A DNA stretch of 64,000 bases from Isurus oxyrinchus (Eukaryota), in NCBI GenBank assembly GCA_026770705.1, contig JANJGN010000026.1, positions 37,944,001-38,008,000 on the forward strand, in the 5' to 3' direction. The number at the start of each line of letters is the position of its first letter. The first letter of the stretch is position 1. This document shows, piece by piece, positions 24,937 to 37,180 of the stretch. The translations under genes and the position numbers were made by a program. A model generated the notes under the pieces. That model was not told where the DNA came from. It did no database searches and saw nothing but the letters and a program-made list of their open reading frames with translations.

Positions 24937-25488
24937 TCTCTCTCACACACACAAACTCTCTTTAACACGCACACACTCTGTCTTTCACACATTGCCTCTC
25001 TCTTTCACACACACTCTCACACAGACACTCACATTCTCTCATACACATACTCTCTCAACTGTGCACACACATACACACTCTCTCCCTCACACATACATGC
25101 ACTCTTTCTTTCTCACACATGCACTCTCACACATGCCATTCTCTCTCTCTCACACACACACGCACACCCACTCTCTCTCTCTCACATACATGCACCCTCT
25201 CTCCCACACACATACACTCTCTCAATTCTCCCCCTCTCTCTCACACACACATCCTCATTCTCTCTCTCACGCACACAGAAACACAAAGACATTAAAAACA
25301 AAAAAACTGCGGATGCTGGAAATCCAAAACAAAAACAGAATTACCTGGAAAAACTCAGCAGGTCTGGCAGCATCGGCAGAGAAGAAAAGAGTTGACGTTT
25401 CGATTCCTCATGACCCTTCGACAGAACTTGAGTTTGAGTCCAAGAAAGAGTTGAAATATAAATTGGTTTAAGGTGTGTGTGTGGGGGG

Positions 25489-25529
<41 letters not shown>

Positions 25530-25916
25530 GGAGGGGGCCGTGTGGTTGTAGGGACAAACAAGCAGTGATAGAAGCAGATCATCAAAAGATGTCAACAACA
25601 ATAGAACAAAAGAACACATAGGTGTTAAAGTTGTTGATATTATCTCCCTTTCTCACACACAGACACTGTTCCTTTCACACATGGACTCTCTCTCATTCTC
25701 ACTCTCTCACTCTCTCTCTCTGACCCACACACTGGCTCTCTCTCTCACACATGCTCTCTCTCTCACACACACATTTCTCTATCTCAGACACTCTCACACT
25801 TATACTCCCTATGACACTCTCCCTCTCTCACACACATTCACAAGCACCCACAGACACTCTCACACACACACACTCTTTGTCTTTCTGTCTGTCTTTCTGT
25901 CTCTCTCTCTTTCTCA

Positions 25917-25955
<39 letters not shown>

Positions 25956-25975
25956 ACACACATTCTCAAACACAT
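24780..25975. repeat. (CA)n/(CT)n/(GA)n microsatellite blocks interrupted by a Penelope-like terminal repeat (about 25295-25625)
   Basis: Dinucleotide runs read directly. 25297-25430 is nearly identical to 7497-7630. Confidence 0.9.
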
Positions 25976-26559
25976 AAATGGGCTGAAAATGCTAATTTCA
26001 GAAAGAAAATCCGTTAAGCTGCAGGCATGTTCATTGTTCCATTTCTGATGTCTTTTTGTGTAAAATGAAATTACACAGGTGACATCACTACATATGTGGA
26101 GAATTTCCAAGTGTTGAACCAAACACAAAGAAACAAGAAAAAGGGAGGGTGTGACAGAGACCACGGCCGCCTTGATCCCCAATACTGGTGCACACTTGGT
26201 GCAAGATGCCTGCACGGCCCATCCTGGTTTTGCTGTAACCTTCCCCTCCAGCCCCTCAGTCTGCCTATTCACGCACTGACACGGGTTTCTCAAAGAAAGG
26301 CATCAGCATTAAAGCAGCCGGCCAGTGATCTACACTGCTGCCTGACTTTACGCAGCCGGTGTTACTGAAAGCTCATCAACATAGAGAATCAGGACAGGAT
26401 CGATGGAGAGGAAGAGGAGGAGCTGGAGGTGGTGGAGACGAATGGAGGAGCCCCCAGCTCGGCTGTGGATAACAGGCAACGGAAAGCTGAGCCAGAGCAG
26501 AAAATCATCCGGAGAAACATCGCCTTGATGAGCCTGCAGCACCTGGGCACCCTCACTAC

Positions 26560-27125
26560 CCACAATCACTCACCCTCACTCACCATCACTCACACACCCT
26601 CACTCACCCACCCTCACTCACTCACCTTCACTCACCCTCACACACTCACTCAATCGCCCTCACTCACCCACCCTCACTCAATCACCATCACTCAATCTCA
26701 CTCCCTCACCTATCCTCACTCACCCTCACCCACTCACCCAGCTTCACTCACCCTCACTCACTCACCATCAATTACCTTAACCTTCACTCACTCACCCTCA
26801 CTCACTCACCCTCACTCATCCTCCCATCCTCACTCATCCACCTTCACTGACACTCAATAACTCATCCACCCGCCCTCACAAACCCACTCACCCTCACTCA
26901 CAGACCCACCCTCACTTACCCACCACCCTCATTCAGCCACTCAACTACCCTCATTCAATCACCCACCCTCACTCGCCCACATTCAGACACCTACCCACGC
27001 CCTCTCACCACCCACCCTCACTCACATCTTCACTCACCTATGCTCCCTCACTCACTCAGACACCCACCCTCACTCTGTCACTCAGCCACCCTCACTTTGT
27101 CAATCATGCACATGCTCACTCACTC
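26560..27125 (+). repeat. Low-complexity (CACCCTCACT)-type repeat
   Basis: Repeated CTCAC/CACCC units. Confidence 0.85.
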
Positions 27126-27149
27126 GATCACTTTTCATAAATCGGTGTG

Positions 27150-30060
27150 TGGGTGGGCGGGAACTGTGGGGAAGAGAGACCTGGAAGTGAGGCCTGAGGC
27201 CTAGCAGTGCCGGAAAGTGGAGCATGGCTGAAGGGAGCGACAAGCTTCGTTGGAAAGAGCAGGGAGGTGGGGGAAAGCTCGGAGAGCCTGGGGGAAAGGG
27301 CAGAGAGATGGGGGATATGGCAGAGAGCCGGAGGGGGGGGTGGCAGGTTGGGGGGAAGGATAGAGAGCCGGGGGAAAGGGTAGGGATCCAGCAGAAAGTG
27401 CTTTGGGATGGGGCAAAGCTCAGCGAGCAGGGGGAAAGGACAGCGAGCCAGTGAAAGGGCAGAGAGGTGGGGTAGGAGGAAGGGCAGAGAGATGCTGGAA
27501 AGGGCAGAGAGGTGGGTGGGGAAAGGGCAGAGAGGTGGGGGGAAGAATAGAGAGGCGGGAAGGGGAAAGGACAGCTAGGCAGGAGGGCAGAAAGGCGGAG
27601 GTGTGACAGGGCAGAGAGGCGGAGGGAAACGGCAGAAAGCAGTAGGGGGAAAGGGCAGGAAGGTGGGCGGGGAAAGGGCAGAGAGACGGGGGGGGGAAGG
27701 GCAGACAGGCAGGAGGGGGAAAGGGCAGAGAGGCGGGAGGGGGAAAGGGCAGAGAGGTGGGAGGGGGAAAGGGCAGAGAGGCGGGAGGGGGGAAGGGCAG
27801 AGAGGCACGAGGGGGAAAGGGCAGAGAGGCGGGAGGGGGAAAGGGCAGGGAGGCAGGAGGGGGAAAGGGCAGAGAGGTGGGAGGGGGAAGGGCAGAGAGG
27901 AGGTAGGGCAGAGAGGCAGAAGTGGGAAGACATAGAGGAGGGTGGGTATAGACGCAGAGTGGGGAAAGGGTGGAGAGGCCGGGGGTGAGGGCAGAGAGGC
28001 GGGGGGAAAGGGCAGAGAGGCGGGGGTAAGGTCAGAGAGGTGGGGTTAAGGGCAAAGAGGCGGGAGGGAGAAAGGGCAGAGAGGTGGGAGTGGGAAAGGG
28101 CAGAGAGGAGGCATGGCAGAGGGGAGAAGGTCAGAGAGGAGGGTGGGTAGACAGTCAGAGGGGGGAAAGGGCAGAGAGGTGGGGGGGAATGGCAGAGGGG
28201 CAGAGGGAGAAAGGACAGAGAGGCGGGGGGGAAAGGGCAGAGAGGCAGGGGGAAGGGAAGAGAGGCAGAGGGGGGAAGGGCATAGAGGTGACAGAAAGGG
28301 CAGAGAGTCAACGGAAAGGGCAGTGAGCTGGGGAAAGGGCAGAGAGGCGAGGGGGTAAGGGCAGACAGGCGGGAGCAAGAAAGGGCAGAGAGGTGGGATT
28401 GGGGAAGTCCAGAGAGGGAAAGGACAGAGGGGTGGGTGGGGAAAGGGCAGGGAGACGGGAGAGCAGAGAGGCAAAGGGGGGAAAGGGCAGAGAGGCAGAG
28501 GATGGAAAGGGCAGCGAGCCATGAGAATGGGCAAAGAACCAGTGGAAAAGGTCAGAGAGCCGGGCAAAAGAGCAGAGAGCAGTGGAGTGTGCACAGAGAG
28601 CTGGTGGAGAAAGGGCAGAGAGGCGGGGGGGGGGGGGGGGGGGGGAGGGAGAAAGGGCAGAGAGGCGGGAGGGAGAAAGGGCAGAGAGGTGGCGGGTGTA
28701 AAGGGCAGAGAGGCGGGAGTGGGAATGGGTAGAGAGGTGGCAGGGGAAGGGCAGAGAGGAGGCGGGAAAGGGCACAGATGCAGGAGGGGAAAAGGGCAAA
28801 GAGGCAGGTGGGAAAGAGAAGAGAGGGAGTAAAGGGCACAGAGGCGGGAGGGGGAAAGGGCAGGGAGGCGGGATGGGGAAAAGGCAGAGAGGCAAGAGGG
28901 GGAAAGGGCAGAGAGGTGAGAGGGGGAAAGGCCAGAGAACAGGAGGGGGAAAGGGCAGAGAGGAAAAGGGCAGAGGGGCAAGTGGGGGAAAGGGCAGGGA
29001 GGCGGGAGGGGGAAAGGGCAGAGAGGTGGGAGGGGGAAATGGCAGGGAGGCGGGAGGGGGAAAGGACAGAGAGGTGGGAGGGGAAATGGCAGGGAGGTGG
29101 GAGGGGGAAAGGGCAGAGAGGTGGGAGGGGAAATGGCAGGGAGGTGGGAGGGGGAAAGGCAAGAGGGGGAAAGGGCAGAGGGGCGGGTGGGGGAAATGGC
29201 AGGGAGGCGGGAGGGGGAAAGGCCAGAGATGCTGGAGGGGGAAAGGCCAGAGATGCAGGAGGGGGAAAGGGCCGAGAGGTGGGTGGGGGAAAGGGCAAGG
29301 AAGCAGTAGAGCAGAAAGGCAGAGGGGGAAGGGCAGAGAGGCAGAGGATGGAAAGGGCAGCGAGCCATGGGAATGGGCAAAGAACCAGTGGAAAAGATCA
29401 GAGAGCCAGGAGAAAGTGCAGAGAGCAGTGGAGTGTGCACAGAGAGCTGGTGGAGAAAGGGCAGAGAGGTGGCGGGTGTAAAGGGCAGAGAGGCAGGAGT
29501 GGGATTGGGCAGAGAGGTGGTGGGGGGAAGGGCAGAGAGGGGGTGGGAAAGGGCACAGATGCAGGAGGGGAAAAGGGCGAAGAGGTGGGTGGGAAAGGGA
29601 AAAGAGGGGGTAAAAGGCACAGAGGTGGGAGGGGGAAAGGCAGAGAGGCGGGAGGGGGAAAGGGCAGAAAGGAGGGGGTGAAGGGCAGAGCAGTGGGTCG
29701 GGAAGGGCAGAGCGGCAGGGTGGAGAAGTGGGGGGTGGGATGTGCAGAGAGGTGGGAGGGCAAAAGGGCAGAGAGGCAGGAGTGGGAATGGGCACAGTGG
29801 CAGAAGCGGAAAAGGGCACAGAGGTGTGAGGAGGAAAGGGCAGAGTGATGGGTGGGGGAAAGGGCAGGGAGGGGGGGGTGGGAAAGTAATGAGGGGGAAA
29901 GGACAGCGAGCCGGAGGAAAGGTCAGTGAGCCAGTGGAATAGGTCAGAGAGCCGGGCAAAAGCGAATAGAGCCATGGAGTAAGGGCAGAGAGCTTGGGGA
30001 GAAAGGGCAGAGAGCTTGGGGAGAAAGGGCAGAGAGGCGGAGGGTGGGGGAAGGGCTGAG
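27150..30060 (+). repeat. ~2.9 kb G/A-rich tandem repeat (GGGGGAAAGGGCAGAGAGG[C/T]GGGA-type unit, about 20-23 bp)
   Basis: Extreme purine and G strand bias, dozens of AAGGGCAGAGAGG cores. Confidence 0.95.
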
Positions 30061-30239
30061 AGGTGGGCTATAGTGGGGAGAGCCGGGCGAAAGCAGTTGC
30101 AAGCGGAGACATCAGATGCCCTGGGCCCCACTCTATCTAACTCTCTCTATCTCACCCTGATTGTCTCTCCCCCTCCTGAAATCCTTTCCATTCCCAGGGA
30201 AAGGCTCTCACCTGCAGGCCAGTTAGCTTAACATCTGTC

Positions 30240-31615
30240 CGAGCAGAAATGCTGGAATCGATTATTCAGGAATCTATCACGGGTCACTTAGAAAATTCAA
30301 ATGGAATTATGCAACCCCATCATGGTTTTGTGAAAGGGAAATTATGTTTGGCTGACTTATTTGAGGCCTCTAGAGGAAGTAGCAAGGAACATGAATAAAG
30401 GAGAACCTGTGGATGTGCTGTATTTGGGCTTCCAGAAGGCATTTGACAAAGTGGCACATCAAAGGTTATTGCACGAAATAATGGTGTCAGCAGTAACATT
30501 TCAGCATGGGTAGAAGTTTAGTTAACTAACAGGAAACAGAGAGTAGGGATAAATTGGTTATTTTAGGTTGGCAAGATGTGACATGTGGAGTGCCACAGGG
30601 ATCAATGCTGTGGCCTCAACTATTTACAATTTATCTCAATGACTTAAATGAAAGGACTGAATGAATTTGCTAAATTTGCTGATGACACAAAGATAGATAG
30701 GAAAGTAAATAGTGAAGAGGGAATAAAGGGTCAACAAAGAGATATCGATAGGTTAAGTGAGTGGGCAAAAAAATGACAGATGGAGTATAATGTGGGAAAA
30801 TATAAACTTGTCCACTTTGGCAGGAAGAATTCAAAAGCAGCATATTATTGAAAGGGAGCGAGATTGCAGAACCCTGAGGTACAGAGGAATGTGGATCCCT
30901 TGGTGTATGAATCACAAAACGTTATAATACAGGAACAGCAAGTGATGAGGAAGGCAAAGGGAATGTTGGCATTTATTACAAGGAGAATAGAATATAAATG
31001 GAAGGAGATTTTGCTACAGTTTAACGGGGCATCGATGAGGCCTCGTCTGAATTACTGTGTACAGATTTGGTCTCATTTACGAAAGGATATAAAAGCATTA
31101 GAAGCTGTTCAGAGAATGTTGATTCAAATGATACTGGGAGGTGTCGTCGGTTATCTTATGAGGAAAGCTTGGATAGGCTGGGCCTGTATCGATTGGAGTT
31201 TAGAAGAATGAGAGCTGATTTTATTGAAACATATTAGATCCTGAGGGAAATTGACAGGATGGATGCTGAAAGGATGTTTCCCCTTGTGAGAGAGACTAAC
31301 AATAGGGAACACGGTTTAAAAAGAAGAGGTCTCCCGTTTCAGACAGAAATGAGGAGATTTTATTTTTCTCTCAAAGGGTCGTGAAACTTTGGAACTCTCT
31401 TCCCCAGGGAGCGATGGAGGAGGAGTCATTAATATTTCAAGACAGAGGTAGAGAGATTCTTCAATGACAATAGAGTCAAAGGTTAGCGGAGAGTAGGCGG
31501 GAATGTGGAGTTAACGCCACAATCAGATCATCTATGACCGGAGTGAATGGTGGAGGAGGCTCGAGAGGCCGAATGGCCTACTCCTGCTACTGATTCGCAT
31601 GTTCATATGTACATA
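30240..31615 (+). mobile_element. CR1-clade LINE RT fragment plus 3' tail in the J-C intron
   Basis: YLGFQKAFDKV, KFADDTK and ORF 30864-31211 (KAKGMLAFITRRIEYK) motifs, with stops and frameshifts. Confidence 0.9.
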
Positions 31616-32155
31616 CGATTGGAAAATGTCGTACTTACTGTAACTGGCATTCAATTTAGAGTTCTATGGTCATTATATAGTTACCATTACAAAGGTACTT
31701 TCAAATGGTTGTTGCTATTCTTTGTTTTGGGGGGACGTGGAGAGGGGAGGGGGCATCAGGAAATTTGAACAGAGCCAATTTCCAAACGGCAATGATATAA
31801 ATGACGAGACAATTTCTCTGTCACCAAGTGCTGTTGATTGAGAAATAAATGGTGGTGAAATAATGGGGAAAATCCTCTGCTCTTCCATTTTAATCCAATG
31901 AAAGGTACGTCATTCAGATGACATCAAAATGTTCTATTTTAGTAAGGGAAAAAAAAAAGAGGTTTGGGTTTCTAAAGAGGGAACCGACAGGTGAGGGTCA
32001 GCAAATGATGGAAATAATTGATCAAAGGTGGATGTGGGTTTTAGTTGGAATATATTTAGATATGTTTATAATTATAGTCAAATTTTGAGTTGTTTGATTT
32101 CTTAATGATTACAAATCACAGAGTCTAACTTGTTCAACCTGCCATTCTTTCCCAG

Positions 32156-32455
32156 CGACACCGTCTTCGCCCACTCTCTACAGCCTGGTTTCCTCCTGTC
32201 AGCAACCTAACACCGACGGCTCCATTACCTACGGCTGTTTGGCGGTGGACTACTCCCCCGAAATCACCAGCCTGACCTGGAAGAAAGATGGGCAGCCGAT
32301 CACCAGCGGATTTAAGACTTACGCGTCAGTGAGAAACCAGAAGGGAACCTTCACCCTGAGCAGCCAGTTAACCATCACCGAGTCAAAGGGGGAATGCAGT
32401 AATATCAACTGTGAGGTTCGACACAGCGGCTCAGACAAGAGCATTGAAATGCAAT
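32156..32455 (+). CDS. IGHM: IgM constant exon Cmu1
   Basis: Acceptor TTTCCCAG|, (A)[16 protein letters not shown]...[21 protein letters not shown]...[17 protein letters not shown], donor T|GTAAG at 32456. Confidence 0.96.
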
Positions 32456-32654
32456 GTAAGTGTTGGGGAACCTGTGAGAAACAGAAACTCTGTGATTAAC
32501 CTGTATAGGGCCTTGGTTATAACATACTTATAGTACACTGCATAGTTCTGATCCCTGGAAATTCCAGGTTAGTGTCCATTGTTAAAATATAAGAACTCAT
32601 TGTATCTGTTGTCAATTTCTTCTGCAAGAAATGTTTAACCTGTGTTTTTTGAAG

Positions 32655-32966
32655 GCCCTGAAACCTTCCGTCCAACTGTTCTCCTCACCGTGAGTTCCAA
32701 GGAGGAAATCACAACCAACAAATTTGCAACCGCCGTCTGTTCAATCATCGATTTCCGTCCAAAGTCAGTGACCGTGAAGTGGCTGAAGAATGGACAACCC
32801 ATGGATTCAGGAATGGTCACCTCTCCCGCCTTTGAAGTGAATGGGAACTTCTCGGCGACCAGTCTGCTGAAAGTCTCCGCTGGGGAATGGTTCACCGACG
32901 CGGTCTATACCTGTCAGGTCACTCACCAAGGGGTCACCCAAAGTCGAAACGCCACCAAGTGTGAGG
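32655..32966 (+). CDS. IGHM: IgM constant exon Cmu2
   Basis: (C)[14 protein letters not shown]...[21 protein letters not shown]...[20 protein letters not shown], donor G|GTAAG at 32967. Confidence 0.95.
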
Positions 32967-33359
32967 GTAAGAAATAAAAACGGAGGTAGCAATAGAGCAT
33001 TCTGCACTCCGATGTTAATCAAATCTGGAAACAGCTTCGGGATAGAGTGTTGGAAAGTGCATCCACCCTATTCAAAAAACAGCTTTCAGTCCTGCATTCC
33101 AGGGCCCAGGAATGGTATATTTGTATTGGGATTGGGGAAACGCAGATTCGTTAAACTGTTACCGGGGCTGAAGGACTTAAATTATGAAAACAATTTACAC
33201 AGACCAAGCTGGCTTTACCTTGTGTAAAGAAGATTAAAGACGATAGTTCGAGGTTGATATATCGAAGGTGTTATATTTTCCTTTCGAGAGTGAAGGCTAA
33301 ATACTGCAGTCCTGATTCTGAATGCGAAACTTTGATTGATTTTCATTTCTGTTTCACAG

Positions 33360-33668
33360 AACATTCCCAATGCAACGATCCCAAAATTACTCTACTGCCA
33401 CCGCCAGTAGAACAGATCTTACTGGAGGCGACGGTGACATTAACCTGCATCGTTTCTAATGCCCCTTATGGAGTCCTCGTGTCCTGGACCCAAGAAAAGA
33501 AGCCTTTGAAATCAGAGATTGCCGTCCAACCGGGAGAGGATCACAACAGCGTGGTCAACAATGTAAACATCTCGACACAAGCCTGGCTGAGTGGAGCTGA
33601 GTTCTACTGCGTGGTGAGCCATCAAGATCTGCCGACTCCTTTAAGAAGTTCCATCCACAAGGAAGCAG
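33360..33668 (+). CDS. IGHM: IgM constant exon Cmu3
   Basis: Acceptor TTTCACAG|, (E)[29 protein letters not shown]...VSW...[22 protein letters not shown], donor G|GTGAG at 33669. Confidence 0.96.
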
Positions 33669-33984
33669 GTGAGCGGTGAGATTGAAGCAATAATCGAAAC
33701 ATTGTGTCCTTATCCAATGTGAGGGTCAATATTTAGTAGTCAATGTATTAAGGTCCACTCCGATTGGGAATTCCACTAACTAAGCGCTCTGGGCCTGTCG
33801 ACTTCAAGGAGGAAATTGATAAGTAGAGGAATGAACAATGAATTAAAGGCTGTGCTATTGGGTTTAGATGAAGTCAGCTGGGAGGAGCCTGGTGTGGATC
33901 TTAAACACCAACACAGACCAGTTGGGGCGAATGGCCTGTTTCTGTGCTGTAAACTTTGAGAAACTTTCTAGTCCAACCCCATAA

Positions 33985-34290
33985 GTTCTCAGGGAAAAGG
34001 ATTGTGCCACCTCTGCTCCGAGCTGGAAAACCGGACAGATCCCAAAGTGTTTTATTAATTAATTCATGGGATGTGGGCGTCACTGGCTCGGCCAGCGTTT
34101 ATTGCCCATCCCTAATAGCCATTGAGAAGGTGGTGGTGAGCTGCCTTCTTGAACCGCTGCAGTACGTCTGGTGTGGGCACACCCACGGTGCTGTTAGGGA
34201 GGGAGTTCCAGAGTTTTGACTCAGCGACAGTGAAGGAACGGTGCTATACTTCCAATGAAGGGATAATGAAAACCTTCAATATTCATCACA
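33985..34290 (-). mobile_element. LINE 3'-end fragment in the Cmu3-Cmu4 intron
   Basis: Reverse complement of the GGGATGGGCAATAAA..CCCACATCCCATGAA tail plus adjacent LINE 3' sequence. Confidence 0.65.
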
Positions 34291-34375
34291 AAAATATTTC
34301 TCTCACATCTAACCAGCCATTTCATTGTCTCCGATGTTCTCCAGTTTATTGACATTTATCGTATATTTTCTGCAG

Positions 34376-34767
34376 TTAAAAATCCGCGGGAACCGTCCGT
34401 GTCTGTCCTCCTGCCCTCGGCAGAAGATGTCTCCGCTCAGAGATTCGTCTCCCTCAGCTGCTTAGTGAGAGGTTTCTCCCCCCGAGAGATCTTCGTCAAG
34501 TGGACCGTCAATGACAAGCCGGTGGCTCCCGGAAACTACAAGAACACCGAGGTGGTGGCGGAGAACGGCAATCGCTCCTTCTTCATGTACAGCCTGTTAA
34601 CCATTGCAGCGGAGGAGTGGGCCAGCGGCACTTCTTACTCCTGTGTGGTGGGACATGAAGCGATCCCCTTGAAGATCATCAACAGAACGGTTGATAAATC
34701 CAGCGGTAAACCGAGTTTTGTGAATATTTCCCTTGCACTGATGGACACCGTTAATTCATGTCAATGA
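34376..34767 (+). CDS. IGHM: IgM constant exon Cmu4 plus secretory tailpiece
   Basis: (V)[14 protein letters not shown]...[18 protein letters not shown]...[23 protein letters not shown]|[20 protein letters not shown]. Internal TM donor G|GTAAAC at 34706. The tailpiece has an N-glycan site (NIS) and a penultimate Cys. Confidence 0.97.
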
Positions 34768-34794
34768 AAATCTCTCGGTTACATTTCAAACTCC

Positions 34795-34812
34795 AATAAA
34801 AAAAATAATAAA
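34795..34812 (+). terminator. Secretory-form polyadenylation signals
   Basis: AATAAA at 34795-34800 and 34807-34812. Confidence 0.8.
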
Positions 34813-35214
34813 GTCCTTTTCTCCAATCGTCATTTAAATTCGCGATCGCTTAATTAATGTTGTTTTCCACTTTTGCTAACTTTAGACCTGTTTAGTTAAA
34901 ATTGGATATTTACGGGACTCACACCCAAGTCTTGAACACCCAGCTCTCCCAGCTCAGATGCACCCTAGGTTAGAGACAGAGTAAAGCTCATTCATTTCAG
35001 GATTCTGCAAAATAGCCTCACCAGCTCTCCTCCCGCTGAGGAGAAATCTGACAATTTCCCATTTCCGACAAACAAACACAGAGCATTTTGAGCTGGGTGT
35101 TCCTGCTTCTCTTATTGTCCATCCCTTTAAAATGGATGTCAGCGTTAAGCTGCTGCACCACACCAACTGGGAACCGAAGTGAGGGTCACAGAGAAACATG
35201 TCCCAACAACCCCC

Positions 35215-35600
35215 CATCAGAGGGAGGGGGAAGGGAAATCATTAACCCACTGTATCCCCACTTCCTTAACAGAGAGAGGAGGAGGGGAAATTTTTAACCC
35301 ACTGTCTCCACGCTTCCCCTTCAGACAGGGGGTGGGGGAAGGGAAACTGTTAACCCACTGTACCCCCATTTCCCTAATAGAGAGAGGGGGAGGGGAAATT
35401 GTTAACCCACTGTGCCCCCACTTTACCAACAGGAAAACTGAAAGGAAAATTGTCATCCAATTTTACCTCCACTTGCTAAACAAAAAGACGAGGAAGGTCA
35501 TTAGTTAACCCAGTTTGTCTCCACCTTCTCAGCAGACAGAACCGAAAGGGAAATTGCTTAGCCAACCACAGGGAGGGAAACTATTAACTCACTGGGTTCT
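35215..35600 (+). repeat. Degenerate 52-56 bp minisatellite (GGAGGGGAAA..TTAACCCACTGT)
   Basis: TTAACCCACTGT at 35242, 35294, 35350, 35402. Confidence 0.7.
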
Positions 35601-36029
35601 CAGTGCCTGAGCAGAGAATCTGGAAGGGAACAGGCCTCCACTGTAAGGATCCAGTTACCAATAGCTCAAGTTGATTTCCAGCTTCCTGTCCGCAGCCCTT
35701 AACTTCCAACATGGTGAAAATGAGAAATGTAAAGTTTTAACACTCTTGTTCCTATTGACCTGATGCTAACATTGATTTCTTATAATCCGAATCTAAACTG
35801 GTGATTGAATCATCCCTGCGTTTTTCATGGTTCTTCCCTGAATTTGAGAGATGCGCCATTGAATTTTCGCATTTGTTCACCTGATATCACCTTGCATCTC
35901 ACATAAAACACGTTTATATACAGAACATTGAAAATATTCACCAAAATTTTCACTGTCAGTGTCAGACTCGATCATTGGTACCCGGTGAAACTTGGAAAAA
36001 TAATAAAAGTTCAAATAACTGACACAAAT

Positions 36030-37180
36030 GGACACGCACATATACCTAGGCACAGCCACTCACTCACAGATATCTAGGCACAGACAAACACACACAGGCA
36101 CAGGTACACACACAGGCATGCACCCACACACCCGCATGCACCCATACATACAAATGCACACACACAAACACGCACAGGCACACACATATACAATCACACA
36201 CATACACAAATATACACACACAATCACATACACACAAACACATGGGCACAGACGCACACCCATACGCAATCACNNNNNNNNNNNNNNNNNNNNNNNNNNN
36301 NNNNNNNNNNNNNNNNNNNNNNNNNNNNNNNNNNNNNNNNNNNNNNNNNNNNNNNNNNNNNNNNNNNNNNNNNNNNNNNNNNNNNNNNNNNNNNNNNNNN
36401 NNNNNNNNNNNNNNNNNNNNNNNNNNNNNNNNNNNNNNNNNNNNNNNNNNNNNNNAACCAGACAAGCAGACTCATACAAGGGCATAAAGCACAAATGTAA
36501 TTATTAGCTTATACATTATCACACGTTCATAATGCCAGAAATACAGATATAAAGACACACACTGTCAACCAGATTAAAACAAATGCATGGGCACACCTTA
36601 GCACGTGCACACACATGGGCAGACGACACCCAGACACGTAAACACAGAAGAACAAACTAACACATTAACAGACACACATGTCGACACAAACATACTCATG
36701 CACAGGAGAACACAAAAAGCACACTTTCGAACATATGAAAACATAAACACACCTTGATACATTGTTCTTAATATCCATCAAGACGCAAATGCACACATTA
36801 AACTCTCTCTCTCACACACGCATACATTCACACACACACTCACACACACTGTGACACAGACATTAATATGCTGACACACACGTGGAACACAAAAAGAAAC
36901 ATTAACACTCATATTAGCAGGCAAGGACACATAAGCACACAGTCACACAGATAGTAATAAATAAACATAGACATCAACGCATAAGCACACACTCATAATA
37001 CACATTAGCAGAAAAACAAAATATACAAACACTCAGGTACACAAATCAGCACTCATTGGCGCATGAACACACACATTAACACTTATACACAAATATGGAC
37101 ACACAAATAAAGAGCAATGCAAAGCACGAGAGACTCTGCACACATACACAAAAACTAAAGCACAACACAGACGCCAGGGT
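36030..37180 (+). repeat. CA-rich low-complexity tract containing an assembly gap (N 36274-36455)
   Basis: Read directly; 182 Ns. Confidence 0.9.

Noticed and set aside
24763-26860. His/Thr/Ser-rich ORFs
   Set aside because: Translations of CA/CT microsatellites.
27100-30131. Long Pro/Leu- or Gly/Arg-rich ORFs (403, 607, 637, 356 aa)
   Set aside because: Stop-poor low-complexity repeat giving overlapping ORFs on both strands inside an intron.
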